Of a stretch of 64,000 bases of DNA, positions 36,827-46,797 are shown piece by piece (the stretch's first letter is position 1; each line of letters begins with the position of its first letter). Under the pieces are notes generated by a model that worked only from the letters and a program-made list of their open reading frames with translations, searched no databases and was not told the origin of the DNA. A program made the translations under genes and the position numbers. Origin of the DNA: Escherichia phage vB_EcoM_SA21RB. The stretch lies in sequence record OL960580; one strand, given 5' to 3'.

Positions 36827-37030
36827 TCACAGCTGCCACCATTTTTTGACTTGATAGGAATCAACCCACACTTTCATATTAGGGTCTGCTCTTACAATAG
36901 GAGGATTAACTTCTTTAATTGAACTATCGTGGTATTCTTTTTCAGAAATTTTCACACAAAGATGACCATTCAAAGATTCAGTAAATCCTGCATTAATTTT
37001 AAGACGCTTGAATTTTACGTGTGTAAGCAT
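36827..37030 (-). CDS. small hypothetical protein
   Basis: ORF track start is TTG 37033; ATG at 37030 gives 67 aa. Confidence 0.45.
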   Translation of the reverse strand: MLTHVKFKRLKINAGFTESLNGHLCVKISEKEYHDSSIKEVNPPIVRADPNMKVWVDSYQVKKWWQL

Positions 37031-37316
37031 CAATCATATCCTCAATCTGTGATCTAGTAGTCTTCCAAAGAATACTAATGAGTTCATCGTTATATGGCTG
37101 TTTTAGAATATCCCGACTTTTCTTGATAGCATATTCGTATTGAGCAAAATTATTGTTTTCAGCTGCAATCTGAGCGTGCTTATAAAGACGATTCAGTTCG
37201 CGTTTGTTTTTAGACAATAACTTATTTGCTTTTCTTTCTGCTTCAAGACGGTTCTTTTCTTCAATAGAAGAAATAAGCTTTTCCACTTCATCATTAATTT
37301 CGGGTTTATCAGTCAT
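36999..37316 (-). CDS. hypothetical coiled-coil protein
   Basis: 105 aa. Confidence 0.5.
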   Translation of the reverse strand: MTDKPEINDEVEKLISSIEEKNRLEAERKANKLLSKNKRELNRLYKHAQIAAENNNFAQYEYAIKKSRDILKQPYNDELISILWKTTRSQIEDMIDAYTRKIQAS

Positions 37317-37317
37317 A

Positions 37318-37536
37318 TTATTTCTCTAATATAAAATAAAAATCATCATCTGTTAAATGATACCGATAGTTTAATTCTACACCATTAGATTTAAAAGCGG
37401 TATCATACGGATTTTCTGGATCAATATCAATGTCAAGAGCTAAAACTTCCCTGAGATACATTTTAAGTAAATAGGGAATAGCTTCAACTTCAGGTATTTC
37501 TTCCAAGAATCCGGAGAGGTTAATCGTTAGCCTCAT
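37318..37536 (-). CDS. small hypothetical protein
   Basis: 72 aa; overlaps the gene 55 3' end by a few codons. Confidence 0.45.
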
Positions 37537-38077
37537 ATAAAAAATCCAAACTAGGAGAATCGTCTACAACACTTTTCTTTTCAGCCCCCGGTGTTCTATA
37601 GGTTGATTCTTCGTAATGCGTCATTTTATCGTAGATGTCTTGAATAAAAGTTTCATCTACTAACGCAACCATATCGTCGTCACGACTGTCATAGACATTG
37701 TGAACGAAGTAACTATATTTCTTTGCAACTTCCTTACGTTCTTTTTTAATACGTTGGACGAATGCATTAAAACAAGCTTGAGTTATATATGCATGTGGGT
37801 TTTTATATTTCGTTTCATCAAAATTATGAAGCCCCTTAATAGAAGCTTCTATACCATCTGCAATCATTTCTTGTTTCCAAGATTGGGTGTATCCTGAAAA
37901 GTTGAAACGTTTAGATAAGCCTTCTGCAATAAGCATAATGGCTAATCCGATAGTATCATTCTGACGAACTACTTTATTTGGGTCTTTATTATTTGCTAAT
38001 TCTGTTTTCCAATCAATAATAGCTTGTAAAAGCTCTTTATTGTTTACGTAATTATATTTAGGCTTAGTTTCTGACAT
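37520..38077 (-). CDS. 55: late transcription sigma factor
   Basis: ORF track starts at GTG 38083; ATG 38077 with AAGAGGTGA SD gives 185 aa [24 protein letters not shown]... matching my memory of T4 gp55. Confidence 0.9.
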
Positions 38078-38155
38078 TTTCACCTCTTAGCTCAATTCAT
38101 AGATCTATTATATCATAATATTTGAAGATCTATCTTAAAGCATAGAGGATATCAG

Positions 38156-38425
38156 TTATCTAAGTAAGCAGTATGCTTGAAACACTTTCTCCATCATCTT
38201 TTTAAATTCGTGAATATCTATATAATGACTAGTTAAATCAGCATGATATAAAAAGTCTAAAAACTTTTCATGTGTGCTAGCATATTCACTTTCATTTAAT
38301 TCAGAAACATGGCTTTCCCAATACCCAACACCAGTCTTATTTGGGAAAAATGAAATTTTCATGCATTGATCAACATAGAAAATGCCATAATTTTCAATAG
38401 TAATAGAAATATTAATAAATTTCAT
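38156..38425 (-). CDS. hypothetical protein
   Basis: 89 aa. Confidence 0.5.
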   Translation of the reverse strand: MKFINISITIENYGIFYVDQCMKISFFPNKTGVGYWESHVSELNESEYASTHEKFLDFLYHADLTSHYIDIHEFKKMMEKVFQAYCLLR

Positions 38426-38637
38426 GCATTCATCAACTTAGCCGCTCCAAGAGCTGCATCTAGTGAATCAAATTGGTCAACGTATTCAATCAATTCGCCG
38501 TAATTGGCATATAACCACCATTGGCTAAATTCATACTCAAGGATGAATCCATTTCCTTCAATTTGAGTTAAACCATTGCCGTTTGTATTTACTTCATACC
38601 CAGCGAGACGCAAATCGTTAATAAGAGCTTCGTTCAT
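38422..38637 (-). CDS. small hypothetical protein
   Basis: 71 aa; stop overlaps the next start. Confidence 0.5.
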   Translation of the reverse strand: MNEALINDLRLAGYEVNTNGNGLTQIEGNGFILEYEFSQWWLYANYGELIEYVDQFDSLDAALGAAKLMNA

Positions 38638-38639
38638 AA

Positions 38640-38966
38640 TTATACCTTAGTAATTTTCAGGTCTGCAAATTTTTTCTTGCGTTGATTTTTCATGCGACGA
38701 ATAGTTTTATCGGAAATTTCATGCTTTTGATAAGCTTTAGATTCTACACCAAAAGCTTTAACATCAAATTCTGACAAGATATATTGAACCAACAATTCAC
38801 GGATAGTATTACGTCCAATCTTCTGATCATTCTGTTTCATCGTCTGATGAAGCTCTTTTTCCCATTTATCCAAAATTTGAGGAGTTACAATATCGCCTTT
38901 TTCTAGCAAAGAAACTACTTTATCATATGCGTAAGAATTGATGGCGTTTTTAATTTGAATAGTCAT
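38640..38966 (-). CDS. hypothetical protein
   Basis: 108 aa. Confidence 0.5.
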   Translation of the reverse strand: MTIQIKNAINSYAYDKVVSLLEKGDIVTPQILDKWEKELHQTMKQNDQKIGRNTIRELLVQYILSEFDVKAFGVESKAYQKHEISDKTIRRMKNQRKKKFADLKITKV

Positions 38967-38994
38967 ACATTATCCTCAATTACGTTAAAATTTT

Positions 38995-39020
38995 ATTATC
39001 CAAAAAGGGCCGAAGCCCTT
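38995..39020 (-). terminator. intrinsic terminator / C(UUCG)G hairpin
   Basis: minus RNA AAGGGC-UUCG-GCCCUU followed by UUUUG and AU-rich sequence. Confidence 0.5.
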
Positions 39021-39219
39021 AGCTAAACTTTTTGGCACCCTTCCAGCCTTCATACATCATTGCGGCTGATATTAATATTGCTCCTGAGCAACTTGAATAT
39101 TTGTGATTCCAAAACCAGTTTAGAAAAACTTCGTCATCAATACCTTGGGCTATCATATTTTCAAAGAACTGACGACGAGCTTCGGCAATTCGCTGCGATA
39201 ATTTAGATTCAGGATTCAT
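39019..39219 (-). CDS. small hypothetical protein
   Basis: 66 aa; stop codon sits within the hairpin. Confidence 0.45.
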   Translation of the reverse strand: MNPESKLSQRIAEARRQFFENMIAQGIDDEVFLNWFWNHKYSSCSGAILISAAMMYEGWKGAKKFS

Positions 39220-39351
39220 TTAAATTTTCCAGTTACCATTTTCATCAATAAATTTAATCCAGTCATTTACTGACCACTTAGTTGTATCACCTTTTGGAGT
39301 AACATTTAAAGTGTATAACCCCTGCTTAAAAAGCACTCGTTTGATATTCAT
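39220..39351 (-). CDS. small hypothetical protein
   Basis: ORF track extends to 39435; ATG 39351 with GAGGAAAAT SD gives 43 aa. Confidence 0.35.
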   Translation of the reverse strand: MNIKRVLFKQGLYTLNVTPKGDTTKWSVNDWIKFIDENGNWKI

Positions 39352-39358
39352 ATTTTCC

Positions 39359-39652
39359 TCAGCTGTAACGATAACACTCGTTTGATTTACGTTTAGCAAC
39401 TCGTTGAGAAGTATTATAATCAAAATCATCGTCAATGTAAACTGATTTTTTCAACTTTCTTACTTCACCGCGTAATTGACGATTTAGCTCATCTTTAACT
39501 TCTGAATCAATACCTTTCATTCTACGCCATTTATCTGAGCGAAAAATGTTTTCAACCATATCTTTATGACTTACACCATCAGGAGCTTTACGCTTTCCGA
39601 AATAGTCATAATCACGTACTTTTAAATCTTTACGACGATACGTTTTACCCAT
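39359..39652 (-). CDS. highly basic small protein (putative nucleic-acid binding)
   Basis: ORF track extends to 39697; ATG 39652 with AAGGAAA SD gives 97 aa, Lys/Arg-rich. Confidence 0.45.
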   Translation of the reverse strand: MGKTYRRKDLKVRDYDYFGKRKAPDGVSHKDMVENIFRSDKWRRMKGIDSEVKDELNRQLRGEVRKLKKSVYIDDDFDYNTSQRVAKRKSNECYRYS

Positions 39653-39821
39653 GGAGTTTAATTTCCTTAGCAACTGAACTAAATACAGCACGATCACAAA
39701 CCATGCGTTTGTTCCATTTAATCACAGTATAATGAACATCTAGATCATCGACTGCTGTAACAATAACGATATGTCCGTTAACACGATAGTACTGGTCAAT
39801 TTTAATCTCTTTATCAACCAT
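39645..39821 (-). CDS. small hypothetical protein
   Basis: 58-aa ORF below the track cut-off; GAGGAA SD; stop overlaps the next ATG. Confidence 0.4.
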   Translation of the reverse strand: MVDKEIKIDQYYRVNGHIVIVTAVDDLDVHYTVIKWNKRMVCDRAVFSSVAKEIKLHG

Positions 39822-39851
39822 ATCAATTCCTCAAAGGTAATTCATATGTTA

Positions 39852-39881
39852 ATAATACCACGGTTTGAACCTGTTGTAAAC
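39852..39881 (-). promoter_or_regulatory. T4-type early promoter
   Basis: minus strand AT-rich upstream, GTTTAC, 18 nt, TATTAT. Confidence 0.5.
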
Positions 39882-39962
39882 AACTTTGTGAAAAATATTT
39901 TAGGGAATGATAAGAAAGGAACGATAGCTTAGAATGGTAATATACAGAATGTAAGAAAGAAA

Positions 39963-39975
39963 GGCCCAGAGGGCC
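39963..39975 (-). terminator. hairpin terminator after the glutaredoxin-like gene
   Basis: minus RNA GGCCC-UCUG-GGCC followed by UUUCUUUCUU. Confidence 0.5.
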
Positions 39976-39978
39976 GTC

Positions 39979-40302
39979 TTAATCTTCTATGATATCTCTA
40001 TCATATCCAAGTGAAATGAGAGTTTCTTTGAAGTGTTTAATGTTCTTTTGTCTAGAATCATTAATGAAAATGACTGGATAACGAATGTTAAGAGATGTGA
40101 ATCCAGCGCGTTTAGCAAGAGATACAATCAGTGGACGATCATACTCAATCTTACCATTATTAGTGAGGACTTTATAAAATGTATAAGGAGCATTGAGCTC
40201 CTTTAAAAGTTTTGTAACTGATTGACATCCAGGACAACGACCTACTTCATCTGGAATTCCATAGACTTCAATCTTATTCTTTAAGTTCGAGTTTTGTTCC
40301 AC
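39979..40302 (-). CDS. glutaredoxin/NrdH-like redoxin, start codon uncertain
   Basis: CPGC active site in ...IEVYGIPDEVGRCPGCQSV...; no in-frame ATG nearby; candidates are GTG 40302 or ATT 40272; the track's 150-aa extension from GTG 40431 looks spurious. Confidence 0.55.
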   Translation of the reverse strand: MEQNSNLKNKIEVYGIPDEVGRCPGCQSVTKLLKELNAPYTFYKVLTNNGKIEYDRPLIVSLAKRAGFTSLNIRYPVIFINDSRQKNIKHFKETLISLGYDRDIIED

Positions 40303-40585
40303 GAGAAATAATTCCTTGGTAAGCCCAATAAGGAGGATTAACAGAATCCTCACCAGAGTTTTCTTCAGGAAAATAAACCTGGATAACAAATCCAGACGCA
40401 TCAAAGGTAAAATAAACCGTAGGTAGTTCACCTAACAATTCGGCACGAGTATTAATTTCTTCGAGATCTCGTTCACGTCCAGCCCAAAAACTAGGATTTA
40501 GACTACATTCGTAAAAATAATAGTCATTACCGAACATATCAAAACCCTTCCAACTCTCTACCACATACCGCTCAAAACTAATCAT
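40274..40585 (-). CDS. hypothetical protein
   Basis: 103 aa. Confidence 0.5.
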   Translation of the reverse strand: MISFERYVVESWKGFDMFGNDYYFYECSLNPSFWAGRERDLEEINTRAELLGELPTVYFTFDASGFVIQVYFPEENSGEDSVNPPYWAYQGIISRGTKLELKE

Positions 40586-40587
40586 AA

Positions 40588-40803
40588 TTAAGCCTTTTTA
40601 TCAAGAACAGAATTCAGCTTGTTAGTAATTTTATCCAGACGCTCATTAAACTCACTAGAAGATAAGCCCTTTTCTGGAGAAATTAAACTAATAACGAAAA
40701 ATATAGCAATAAAAGGAATAAGGAAAATAGCTCCAACTGCCATAAACAGAAAGAATGTTACAGTTGTAAGAAAATCAGCTAAACCTTTACGAAATTTATA
40801 CAT
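40588..40803 (-). CDS. small membrane protein
   Basis: 71 aa with one long hydrophobic segment. Confidence 0.5.
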   Translation of the reverse strand: MYKFRKGLADFLTTVTFFLFMAVGAIFLIPFIAIFFVISLISPEKGLSSSEFNERLDKITNKLNSVLDKKA

Positions 40804-40918
40804 ATTTTACCCTTAATTAATTAACAAAGCATTGATAAGTACTAAACTATATTGGGAATAAAATTCTGGACCAAAATGAAAAATCATATCATTTATAGTG
40901 TCCATAATATAATTCAAT

Positions 40919-41389
40919 TTAATCATGTTTCCACACCCCATCGGTATTTGACCAAAGTCGCTGATTATCTGATCCTCTCCACAGCTTTTTGGTAGGAAGA
41001 TTTTTCTCATACTTCCCATCAATAATAACATCAACATATTTAAGCATTTCTAGTTGTTTAATATCTTCAAATTTATATCCTGTCCACAACCAAATGCTTT
41101 TATTTGGATAAAGATTTTTTACTGTTTGAACAATGCAATGAACAACATCTCTGTTATCAGGATAAAGAGGGTCACCCCCAGTTATAGTTAATCCTTCTAT
41201 ATAATCATTATTTAAACATTCAATTAATTGTTCTAGTGTTTCACCAGTGAATGGAACGCCATTTCTAGCATTCCATGTTGATTTATTATAACATCCTTCA
41301 CATTTATGCAAACATCCCGTAACGAAAAGAACGACCCTGCATCCAGGGCCATTCACAAAATCACAGGGATAAAATCTATCGTAATTCAT
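40919..41389 (-). CDS. nrdG: anaerobic ribonucleotide reductase activating protein (radical SAM)
   Basis: 156 aa; CxxxCxxC-type cluster (GCLHKCEGCYN); adjacent to nrdD. Confidence 0.9.
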   Translation of the reverse strand: MNYDRFYPCDFVNGPGCRVVLFVTGCLHKCEGCYNKSTWNARNGVPFTGETLEQLIECLNNDYIEGLTITGGDPLYPDNRDVVHCIVQTVKNLYPNKSIWLWTGYKFEDIKQLEMLKYVDVIIDGKYEKNLPTKKLWRGSDNQRLWSNTDGVWKHD

Positions 41390-43203
41390 TGGTGTTTAAC
41401 CCTATGCATGATTTCTTTATTTTTGCCAAGATTAAATCCGCGTTCGTTCGGATTTCCCAAATAACCACAAGTTCTTCTTATTGTGTTCATCTTTTTAGGA
41501 TCAGTTTCTCCACAAATAGAACAAACAAATCCGTTTTCAGTAGGAGTCATTTCATGGGTACTTCCACATGTAAAACATTTATCTACTGGCATGTTAACAC
41601 CAAAATAATCTAAATGTTGTGCAGCATAATCCCATACAGCCTCAAGACCTTTTAGGTTATTTTTCATATCAGGAAGTTCAACATAAGAAATGTGACCACC
41701 TGTCGCAATGAAATGATATGGGGCTTCTCGAGAAATCTTTTCAAACGGAGTGATATTTTCTTCTACTGAAACGTGGAAACTATTAGTGTACCATCCTTTA
41801 TCAGTAACATCCTTTACACTTCCATATTTTTCGGTATCGAGTTTACAGAAGCGATAACACAAGTTTTCAGCAGGTGTAGAATACAAGCTAAAAGCAAAAC
41901 CAGTTCTTTCAGTCCACTGCTTAAGACGAGCATTCATTTTAGTTAAAATTTCCTGTCCAATATCACGACCGACAAGAATATTCAATTCGTGAATACCGAT
42001 GTATCCTAGGGACACTGAACTTCTACCATTTTTAAATAACTCAATTATGTCATCATCAGGTTTAAGACGAACCCCGAATGCACCTTCTTGGTAAAGAATA
42101 GGAGCAACAGTCGCTTTAACTCCTTTTAAGGAACTAATTCTACACATCAAAGCTTCAAAACACAAATCCATTCGTTCATTGAACAATTCAACAAATTTCT
42201 GTTCATTGAACTGTGTTCCAATATAAGAATCTAATGCAATACGAGGAAGATTCAGTGTTACAACGCCAAGATTATTACGTCCATCAAGAATTTCATTACC
42301 AGTCGAATCTTTCCATACACTCAAGAAACTGCGGCAACCCATTGGAGAAACAGGAATAGATGAACCTGTGATAGCTTTATTGTTCTTAGCCGAAATGATG
42401 TCAGGATACATTCTTTTGCTTGCGCACTCTAAAGCAAGCTGCTTAATATCATAGTTCGGATCGTCTTTATAAAGATTAACACCTTCTTCAACGAACATAA
42501 CAAGTTTAGGGAAAATAGGAGTTATCCCATCACGACCGAGACCTTTAATACGATTTTTCAGAATTGCTTTCTGAATCATTCGTTCAGTCCAGTCAGTTCC
42601 CGTACCAAATGTAATTGTTACAAAAGGCGTTTGCCCGTTTGAACTAAAGAGAGTATTTACTTCATACTCATAAGCTTGAAATGCATCGTATACGTCTTTT
42701 TCTGTTTTAGATTGGGCGTAATTCAACGCATCAGCGATTTGCCATTTTTCTGCGTCCTCAATATGTTTTGCATAGGTGCGTTTAACATAAGGAGAAAGTA
42801 CTTTATCTACATTCGCAAAAGTCGTTCCGCCATATTGGTGGGAAGCAACCTGTGCAGTAATTTGCGCCATAATTGCAGTAGCAACGCCGATTGATTTAGG
42901 AGTTTCAATCTGTGCATTACCGAGCTTAAATCCGTTCTCAAGCATTCCTTTTAAATCTACTAAACAGCAATTAGTAAATGGAAGAGCAGGGGAATAATCA
43001 ATATCGTGGAAATGGATAATTCCGCTTTCATGCGCTTTCATAATAAAAGACGGGACCATATTTTTGGCAATGTGTTTAGACACAATACCAGCCATAAGGT
43101 CCCGTTGAGTTGGAAAAACACGAGAATCTTTATTAGCATTCTCGTTTAAAAGGTCTTTATTAGTTTTATGAATTAGTCCTTCAATTTCTTTTTCAATCGT
43201 CAT
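41386..43203 (-). CDS. nrdD: anaerobic ribonucleoside-triphosphate reductase, uninterrupted
   Basis: 605 aa continuous ORF; C-terminal Zn ribbon CFTCGS...CSICG and glycyl radical region RTCGYLG. Confidence 0.95.
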   Translation of the reverse strand: MTIEKEIEGLIHKTNKDLLNENANKDSRVFPTQRDLMAGIVSKHIAKNMVPSFIMKAHESGIIHFHDIDYSPALPFTNCCLVDLKGMLENGFKLGNAQIETPKSIGVATAIMAQITAQVASHQYGGTTFANVDKVLSPYVKRTYAKHIEDAEKWQIADALNYAQSKTEKDVYDAFQAYEYEVNTLFSSNGQTPFVTITFGTGTDWTERMIQKAILKNRIKGLGRDGITPIFPKLVMFVEEGVNLYKDDPNYDIKQLALECASKRMYPDIISAKNNKAITGSSIPVSPMGCRSFLSVWKDSTGNEILDGRNNLGVVTLNLPRIALDSYIGTQFNEQKFVELFNERMDLCFEALMCRISSLKGVKATVAPILYQEGAFGVRLKPDDDIIELFKNGRSSVSLGYIGIHELNILVGRDIGQEILTKMNARLKQWTERTGFAFSLYSTPAENLCYRFCKLDTEKYGSVKDVTDKGWYTNSFHVSVEENITPFEKISREAPYHFIATGGHISYVELPDMKNNLKGLEAVWDYAAQHLDYFGVNMPVDKCFTCGSTHEMTPTENGFVCSICGETDPKKMNTIRRTCGYLGNPNERGFNLGKNKEIMHRVKHQ

Positions 43204-43673
43204 TTTAAACTCTTTCTAAGCTGCTTCTTAAATGAAGCTATTAATTGTGTTTTAGTGTCAGATTCATTATATTCAAATCCTCTTTGAAGCATCTCAGCCA
43301 TCATTTCCTCTTTTCCTAAACGAGAAAATTCCTTTGATTTATCTCCAACAAAGTTAGGGTGAATATTATTTTGGGTGTAATCGGATTTTAAATAAGTAAG
43401 TAAATTTTCTAACCATTCAAGATAATCAACACCTTGTCCCTTTAAGCCAGAACGATTAAATTTATGCTTCATTTGACCTTCTGCAGCATTGCAGAGATTA
43501 CATAGCAACCCACGTACCTTTCCTGCTTTTGGTCCATTTAATTCATGGTCATGGTCAAGGTGATTAGCTTGAACATCAGGATTTAATTCTCGTTGGCAAA
43601 TTAAGCATTTACCATTTTGTGCATTATAAAATTTTTGTTTTTCTTCTTTGTATAATTTGCCAGTCAATAACAT
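43200..43673 (-). CDS. 49: endonuclease VII (Holliday junction resolvase)
   Basis: 157 aa; His-Me finger / Zn motif CLICQ...HLDHDHEL...CNLCN. Confidence 0.9.
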   Translation of the reverse strand: MLLTGKLYKEEKQKFYNAQNGKCLICQRELNPDVQANHLDHDHELNGPKAGKVRGLLCNLCNAAEGQMKHKFNRSGLKGQGVDYLEWLENLLTYLKSDYTQNNIHPNFVGDKSKEFSRLGKEEMMAEMLQRGFEYNESDTKTQLIASFKKQLRKSLK

Positions 43674-43721
43674 AATAAACCCTTACCTTAAATAGATAAG
43701 GGTATTTATTATTTTCAAGTA

Positions 43722-44186
43722 TTAAAACGCTCGGTCAGAAAAAGAAATTCGAGTTTCAAGCCATTCAATGTATTCTGCCGCAGCTTGCATCAAATTTCCT
43801 TCGTAATCATCAATATCTTTTTTCAACGCCGATTTAGATAATGCATATGAAATACGTTCACCCTGAAAAGCGGCTTTAGGTTTATGAATAGCTTGATCAA
43901 CTCGTTCTACAACTTCTTCAATTTCGCCATTTTCTACTGATTCAGTATTCCACAAGCACCAATACGTAATTGGCTTATCATAGATGTTAATAACCTTTCC
44001 GTCAGAAAGTTCAATTTCAATAATTCCAGTATCAGGTTCTATATCATCTTCACATTCTTTTGCAAGTTCACGAACTTTAAAGACAGTACCTGCACTAAGT
44101 TCTGGCCAATAATTACATAGCCCTTTATCAGCACGATTAATTCTAAACCACTTATCTACTGTAATCATGTCCCATCTCCATATCAA
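43722..44186 (-). CDS. hypothetical protein (position where T4 has pin)
   Basis: 154 aa; identity positional only. Confidence 0.5.
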   Translation of the reverse strand: MIWRWDMITVDKWFRINRADKGLCNYWPELSAGTVFKVRELAKECEDDIEPDTGIIEIELSDGKVINIYDKPITYWCLWNTESVENGEIEEVVERVDQAIHKPKAAFQGERISYALSKSALKKDIDDYEGNLMQAAAEYIEWLETRISFSDRAF

Positions 44187-44291
44187 TTATGTCATTTATT
44201 GTAGGTTCATTATATACTGTTTCTTCATCAGTGTAAACCGGTTCTTCCGGCTCTGGCTCTACTGTTTCCCATCTAGCCGCCCACCAAGGTT

Positions 44292-44612
44292 TTATAGCGT
44301 AATCCATTCTCGTATTGTCTGAGTTACTACACGTTCACGGGGCTCGACTAGTTCAACAGTCGGAACTGCATAATACCAGTCAGAATGGTAAGAACCTGAG
44401 CGAGATTCATTTACAGACACATGTACGTTATGTTTTGGACTAAAATAAACGCACTGCCGATATTGGCATTTGCCATCTTGTACCCAATCTTCTATTTCGA
44501 CAGGTTTAAGATAATCCGAAAAATCGAAATCATAATTTTCTGAAAATGCATCATGGTCTTCGATGATTTCACTCAGAACTGCATCAACATCTAATTTATT
44601 TTCAATATTCAT
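44292..44612 (-). CDS. hypothetical protein
   Basis: 106 aa. Confidence 0.5.
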   Translation of the reverse strand: MNIENKLDVDAVLSEIIEDHDAFSENYDFDFSDYLKPVEIEDWVQDGKCQYRQCVYFSPKHNVHVSVNESRSGSYHSDWYYAVPTVELVEPRERVVTQTIREWITL

Positions 44613-44622
44613 TTTTCACCAA

Positions 44623-44832
44623 TTAATTTCGCAATTTATTAAGTTCTTCATAATCAATCCAGGATTCTAATCCTGATGGCAAATCAGATTCAATTTCCCA
44701 AAGAAGCTCTTCAATTTTCTGAAGACGATCTAATTCTTCGGCTGGAATAGTAACCATTGACGGAGTTCTTGATACACTAATATCGTAAATCATATTTACC
44801 CCAGTTTGACCATGCAATCGCCATATTTCCAT
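44623..44832 (-). CDS. small hypothetical protein, start uncertain
   Basis: 69-aa ORF; alternative ATG at 44793 would give 56 aa without overlap. Confidence 0.4.
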   Translation of the reverse strand: MEIWRLHGQTGVNMIYDISVSRTPSMVTIPAEELDRLQKIEELLWEIESDLPSGLESWIDYEELNKLRN

Positions 44833-45011
44833 TTAGAAATAGACTTTTCACCGTTAGAATAATAAACTTCGAGTTTAGCACGATTATTTTTAATTTGAAT
44901 AACCTTTGCTGTCATCAAAGTTCCATACCCGTAATAAACTGCGACTTCATCACCTACATATACCGCGCTTCCGCGGTAGTCATGGATATAATCAGTTCCT
45001 TCGAGCATCAT
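44796..45011 (-). CDS. small hypothetical protein
   Basis: 71 aa; start overlaps the nrdC stop. Confidence 0.45.
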   Translation of the reverse strand: MMLEGTDYIHDYRGSAVYVGDEVAVYYGYGTLMTAKVIQIKNNRAKLEVYYSNGEKSISKWKYGDCMVKLG

Positions 45012-45271
45012 TTAAAGTATTCCCGCAATTGGTCAAATCCACCAATATGACTTCCATCAGGAGCAAATACTTGCGGCATCGTCAATCCGATTTGAGTATC
45101 ACGACCCAGTTTAGTCAGAAGCTCAGCAATTTTCTCATCATCAAAAACACCTTTTTCCGGCATAATGTTGATAAATTCAAACGGCTGTTTCTTCACAGTC
45201 AAGAGACGTTTTGCATTATCGCAATACACGCATTTATGGATGCTGCTATCATAACCATATACCTTAAACAT
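45008..45271 (-). CDS. nrdC: thioredoxin/glutaredoxin NrdC
   Basis: 87 aa MFKVYGYDSSIHKCVYCDNAKRLL... matches my memory of T4 NrdC; CVYC active site. Confidence 0.92.
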   Translation of the reverse strand: MFKVYGYDSSIHKCVYCDNAKRLLTVKKQPFEFINIMPEKGVFDDEKIAELLTKLGRDTQIGLTMPQVFAPDGSHIGGFDQLREYFK

Positions 45272-45272
45272 A

Positions 45273-45515
45273 TTATTCCTTAATTCCTAGTACTTGTTTA
45301 AAAGTCTCGTCGTAATCAAGACTTTGACCCGTTTGTTCTTTATGTTTGTATATAATATCACTTACTTCTGATAGCATATTTTTATATGAACGAGTTAAAG
45401 CAGATTTAAGCACGCTGTATCTATCAGGAAATTTACCGTGTTCATTATAATAAGCTATTGCTAATTCACGGACTGCTTTTTCAGCAGTCTCCATATATTC
45501 TTTACGCTTTGTCAT
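45273..45515 (-). CDS. small hypothetical protein
   Basis: ORF track extends to 45674 in a frame overlapping the next gene; ATG 45515 gives 80 aa. Confidence 0.4.
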
Positions 45516-45819
45516 TTTCTTCTCGGTTAAATCGGTGTTTGCAATGACGGCATTTATAACGAAGATTACTAGTCTGCCAATGGACCAATTGAACCTGTTC
45601 AGTACCGCATTCAGGACAATTAGGAACGTTTTTAGAAGCCCTTTCACGCCGTTCAACCATAGCCATAATGGCATCCCAAGCTGGAGGTTTAAAATCTAAA
45701 TCGTCACAACCATGAATCTTTCCACGCATTTCTAAATCGTCTTCTTCACCAGCCATAATAATTTTAATTAGGCTAGAATTACTTGAAGCTGCAATGTCTT
45801 CTAATAGACGCTTTTTCAT
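45502..45819 (-). CDS. zinc-ribbon protein
   Basis: 105 aa; C-terminal CPECG...CRHCKH. Confidence 0.5.
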
Positions 45820-46745
45820 TTTAATACCTCAATAGCATTACGTAAACCATTTGCTTTGGCAGTTAAATCTTTAAGAACTTTAGTATGCTCTTCAATCTGT
45901 TTTTCAACTTCAATTAAGCGAGCATTAAGATATTCGCGTTCTTCGCTCAGGCTATCAACCTTTTCTACTTTAGGTTCTTTTACAATTGGCTTGTATGTAT
46001 TAGGGTTCTTCAGTTTAATTAGAATGCGTGAGCTGTATAACATTGAACCATTATCTTCGGTTTCGTCATACATTTCTACTACGTCCATGATTTTTAGCAT
46101 CATGCGGAGTTTATAAGACAACGAACGAATAGTTTTGTTGTGCTTATTAATTTCTCTAGCTGTCATGGTGCCGAGATTACGTGAGTAATAATAAGGAACC
46201 TGGATATTAATTAATACTGATGAACCACCTGGCATGTGTGTTACTTCATCAGCAATAACCCAGTCCTTAACATGAACTGTATTTGTACGGTCATCACCCG
46301 CGGTAAATAGTTTGCGAGCATGCTTAAAAAGCATATTCACTTGGTCATTGAATTGACAAGCAAATTTATCAGCAAATTTAGTTTCAGGAATGGTAGATAA
46401 CCAATCAGCCAAATGGGTCTTTTTAACATCGTTAACAATAGTAAATTCAACCAAATCAGTTATAGATGTCTCAGATTTAATAAAGCTCGGCTTCATAAAG
46501 TTTTTAATGTTATCGCGAGCTACAGTAGAAGATAACATACGAGAACGTTTAAACCATTGAAGCAAATTGCCCAACGAATGAGAATAAGCGTTTTGAGTAT
46601 CTTTACAGATATGATTTTCCTGGCCAACATATTGAAGGAAATCACGAAGAATATTATTGATTACTGCTCTGTGTCCGATCTGATAATTACGGTGTTTAGT
46701 AATAAGACTGTCAAAATAATCAATATAATGTTTACGAGTTTTCAT
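45816..46745 (-). CDS. coiled-coil paralogue array member 1
   Basis: 309 aa; MKTRKHYIDYF N-terminus; C-terminal coiled coil; shares architecture with the next three genes. Confidence 0.6.
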   Translation of the reverse strand: MKTRKHYIDYFDSLITKHRNYQIGHRAVINNILRDFLQYVGQENHICKDTQNAYSHSLGNLLQWFKRSRMLSSTVARDNIKNFMKPSFIKSETSITDLVEFTIVNDVKKTHLADWLSTIPETKFADKFACQFNDQVNMLFKHARKLFTAGDDRTNTVHVKDWVIADEVTHMPGGSSVLINIQVPYYYSRNLGTMTAREINKHNKTIRSLSYKLRMMLKIMDVVEMYDETEDNGSMLYSSRILIKLKNPNTYKPIVKEPKVEKVDSLSEEREYLNARLIEVEKQIEEHTKVLKDLTAKANGLRNAIEVLK

Positions 46746-46797
46746 ATTCTTCTCACTTGGTTAATGATTTATACTCCGAGCCATCCCTGGCTTTAAA

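Noticed and set aside
39979-40431. 150-aa ORF as the full glutaredoxin-like gene
   Set aside because: The N-terminal 50 residues are Leu-rich low complexity from a GTG start and overlap the 103-aa upstream gene by 158 nt in another frame; only the C-terminal redoxin part is credible.
45273-45674. 133-aa ORF with a hydrophobic N-terminus
   Set aside because: Its first 53 codons overlap the zinc-ribbon C-terminus (CPECG...CRHCKH) of the 105-aa gene in another frame; the zinc-ribbon frame looks real, so the start was moved to ATG 45515.
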